Source: Escherichia phage wV7. From it: a stretch of 64,000 bases of DNA. Numbering within the stretch: position 1 is the first letter of the stretch; each line of letters starts with the position of its first letter. Positions 63,973-64,000 of the stretch are shown here, in pieces. Made by a program: the position numbers and the translations under genes. The stretch lies in sequence record NC_019505.1; one strand, given 5' to 3'. The notes beneath the pieces are model-generated. The model was not told the DNA's origin. It did no database searches and was given only the letters and a program-made list of their open reading frames with translations.

Positions 63973-64000
63973 TCATTATTCGGTAAAGTGAAGGACCCAT

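Noticed and set aside
63998-64000. Minus-strand ATG at the window edge (ATGGGTCC...) possibly starting the next gene upstream of e
   Set aside because: Only the start codon lies in the window; cannot be annotated.

Overview
This window is a ~64-kb stretch of a T-even (T4-like, Tevenvirinae) coliphage genome, coded almost entirely on the minus strand and colinear with the T4 early/middle region from rIIA (position 1) to lysozyme e (63.4-63.9 kb). Recognisable genes in order are rIIA, topoisomerase 39, dexA, dda, srd, modA/modB, soc, 56, primase 61, sp, dmd, helicase 41, uvsX, 42, imm, DNA polymerase 43, regA, 62/44/45, rpbA, 46/47, a-gt, 55, nrdG/nrdD, 49, pin, nrdC, rI, tk, regB, denV and e. 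The non-coding DNA carries many T4-type early promoters (GTTTAC -35, TGGTATAAT-like -10), MotA-box middle promoters, late TATAAATA promoters, the gene 43 translational operator and UUCG-tetraloop terminator hairpins. Differences from T4 as I recall it: gene 39 is fused with gene 60 (no bypass element), nrdD has no intron, a GT-A glycosyltransferase sits where T4 has beta-gt, no dam or homing-endonuclease genes were seen, and no ipII/ipIII lie between denV and e; this suggests a T2/T6-type relative. The best candidates for undescribed biology are in the accessory regions: a TARG1-like macro-domain protein downstream of tk, an adjacent P-loop ATPase and Pol-beta-type nucleotidyltransferase in the nrdC-rI region, a four-gene array of coiled-coil-tailed paralogs, capsid-targeting-sequence proteins, an opposite-strand membrane ORF between 56 and 61, and several tandem paralog families. 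All identifications rest on reading the translations and recalled family motifs; no database search was run. Coordinates of short ORFs called by hand (not in the ORF track) and of regulatory sites may be off by 1-2 nt.
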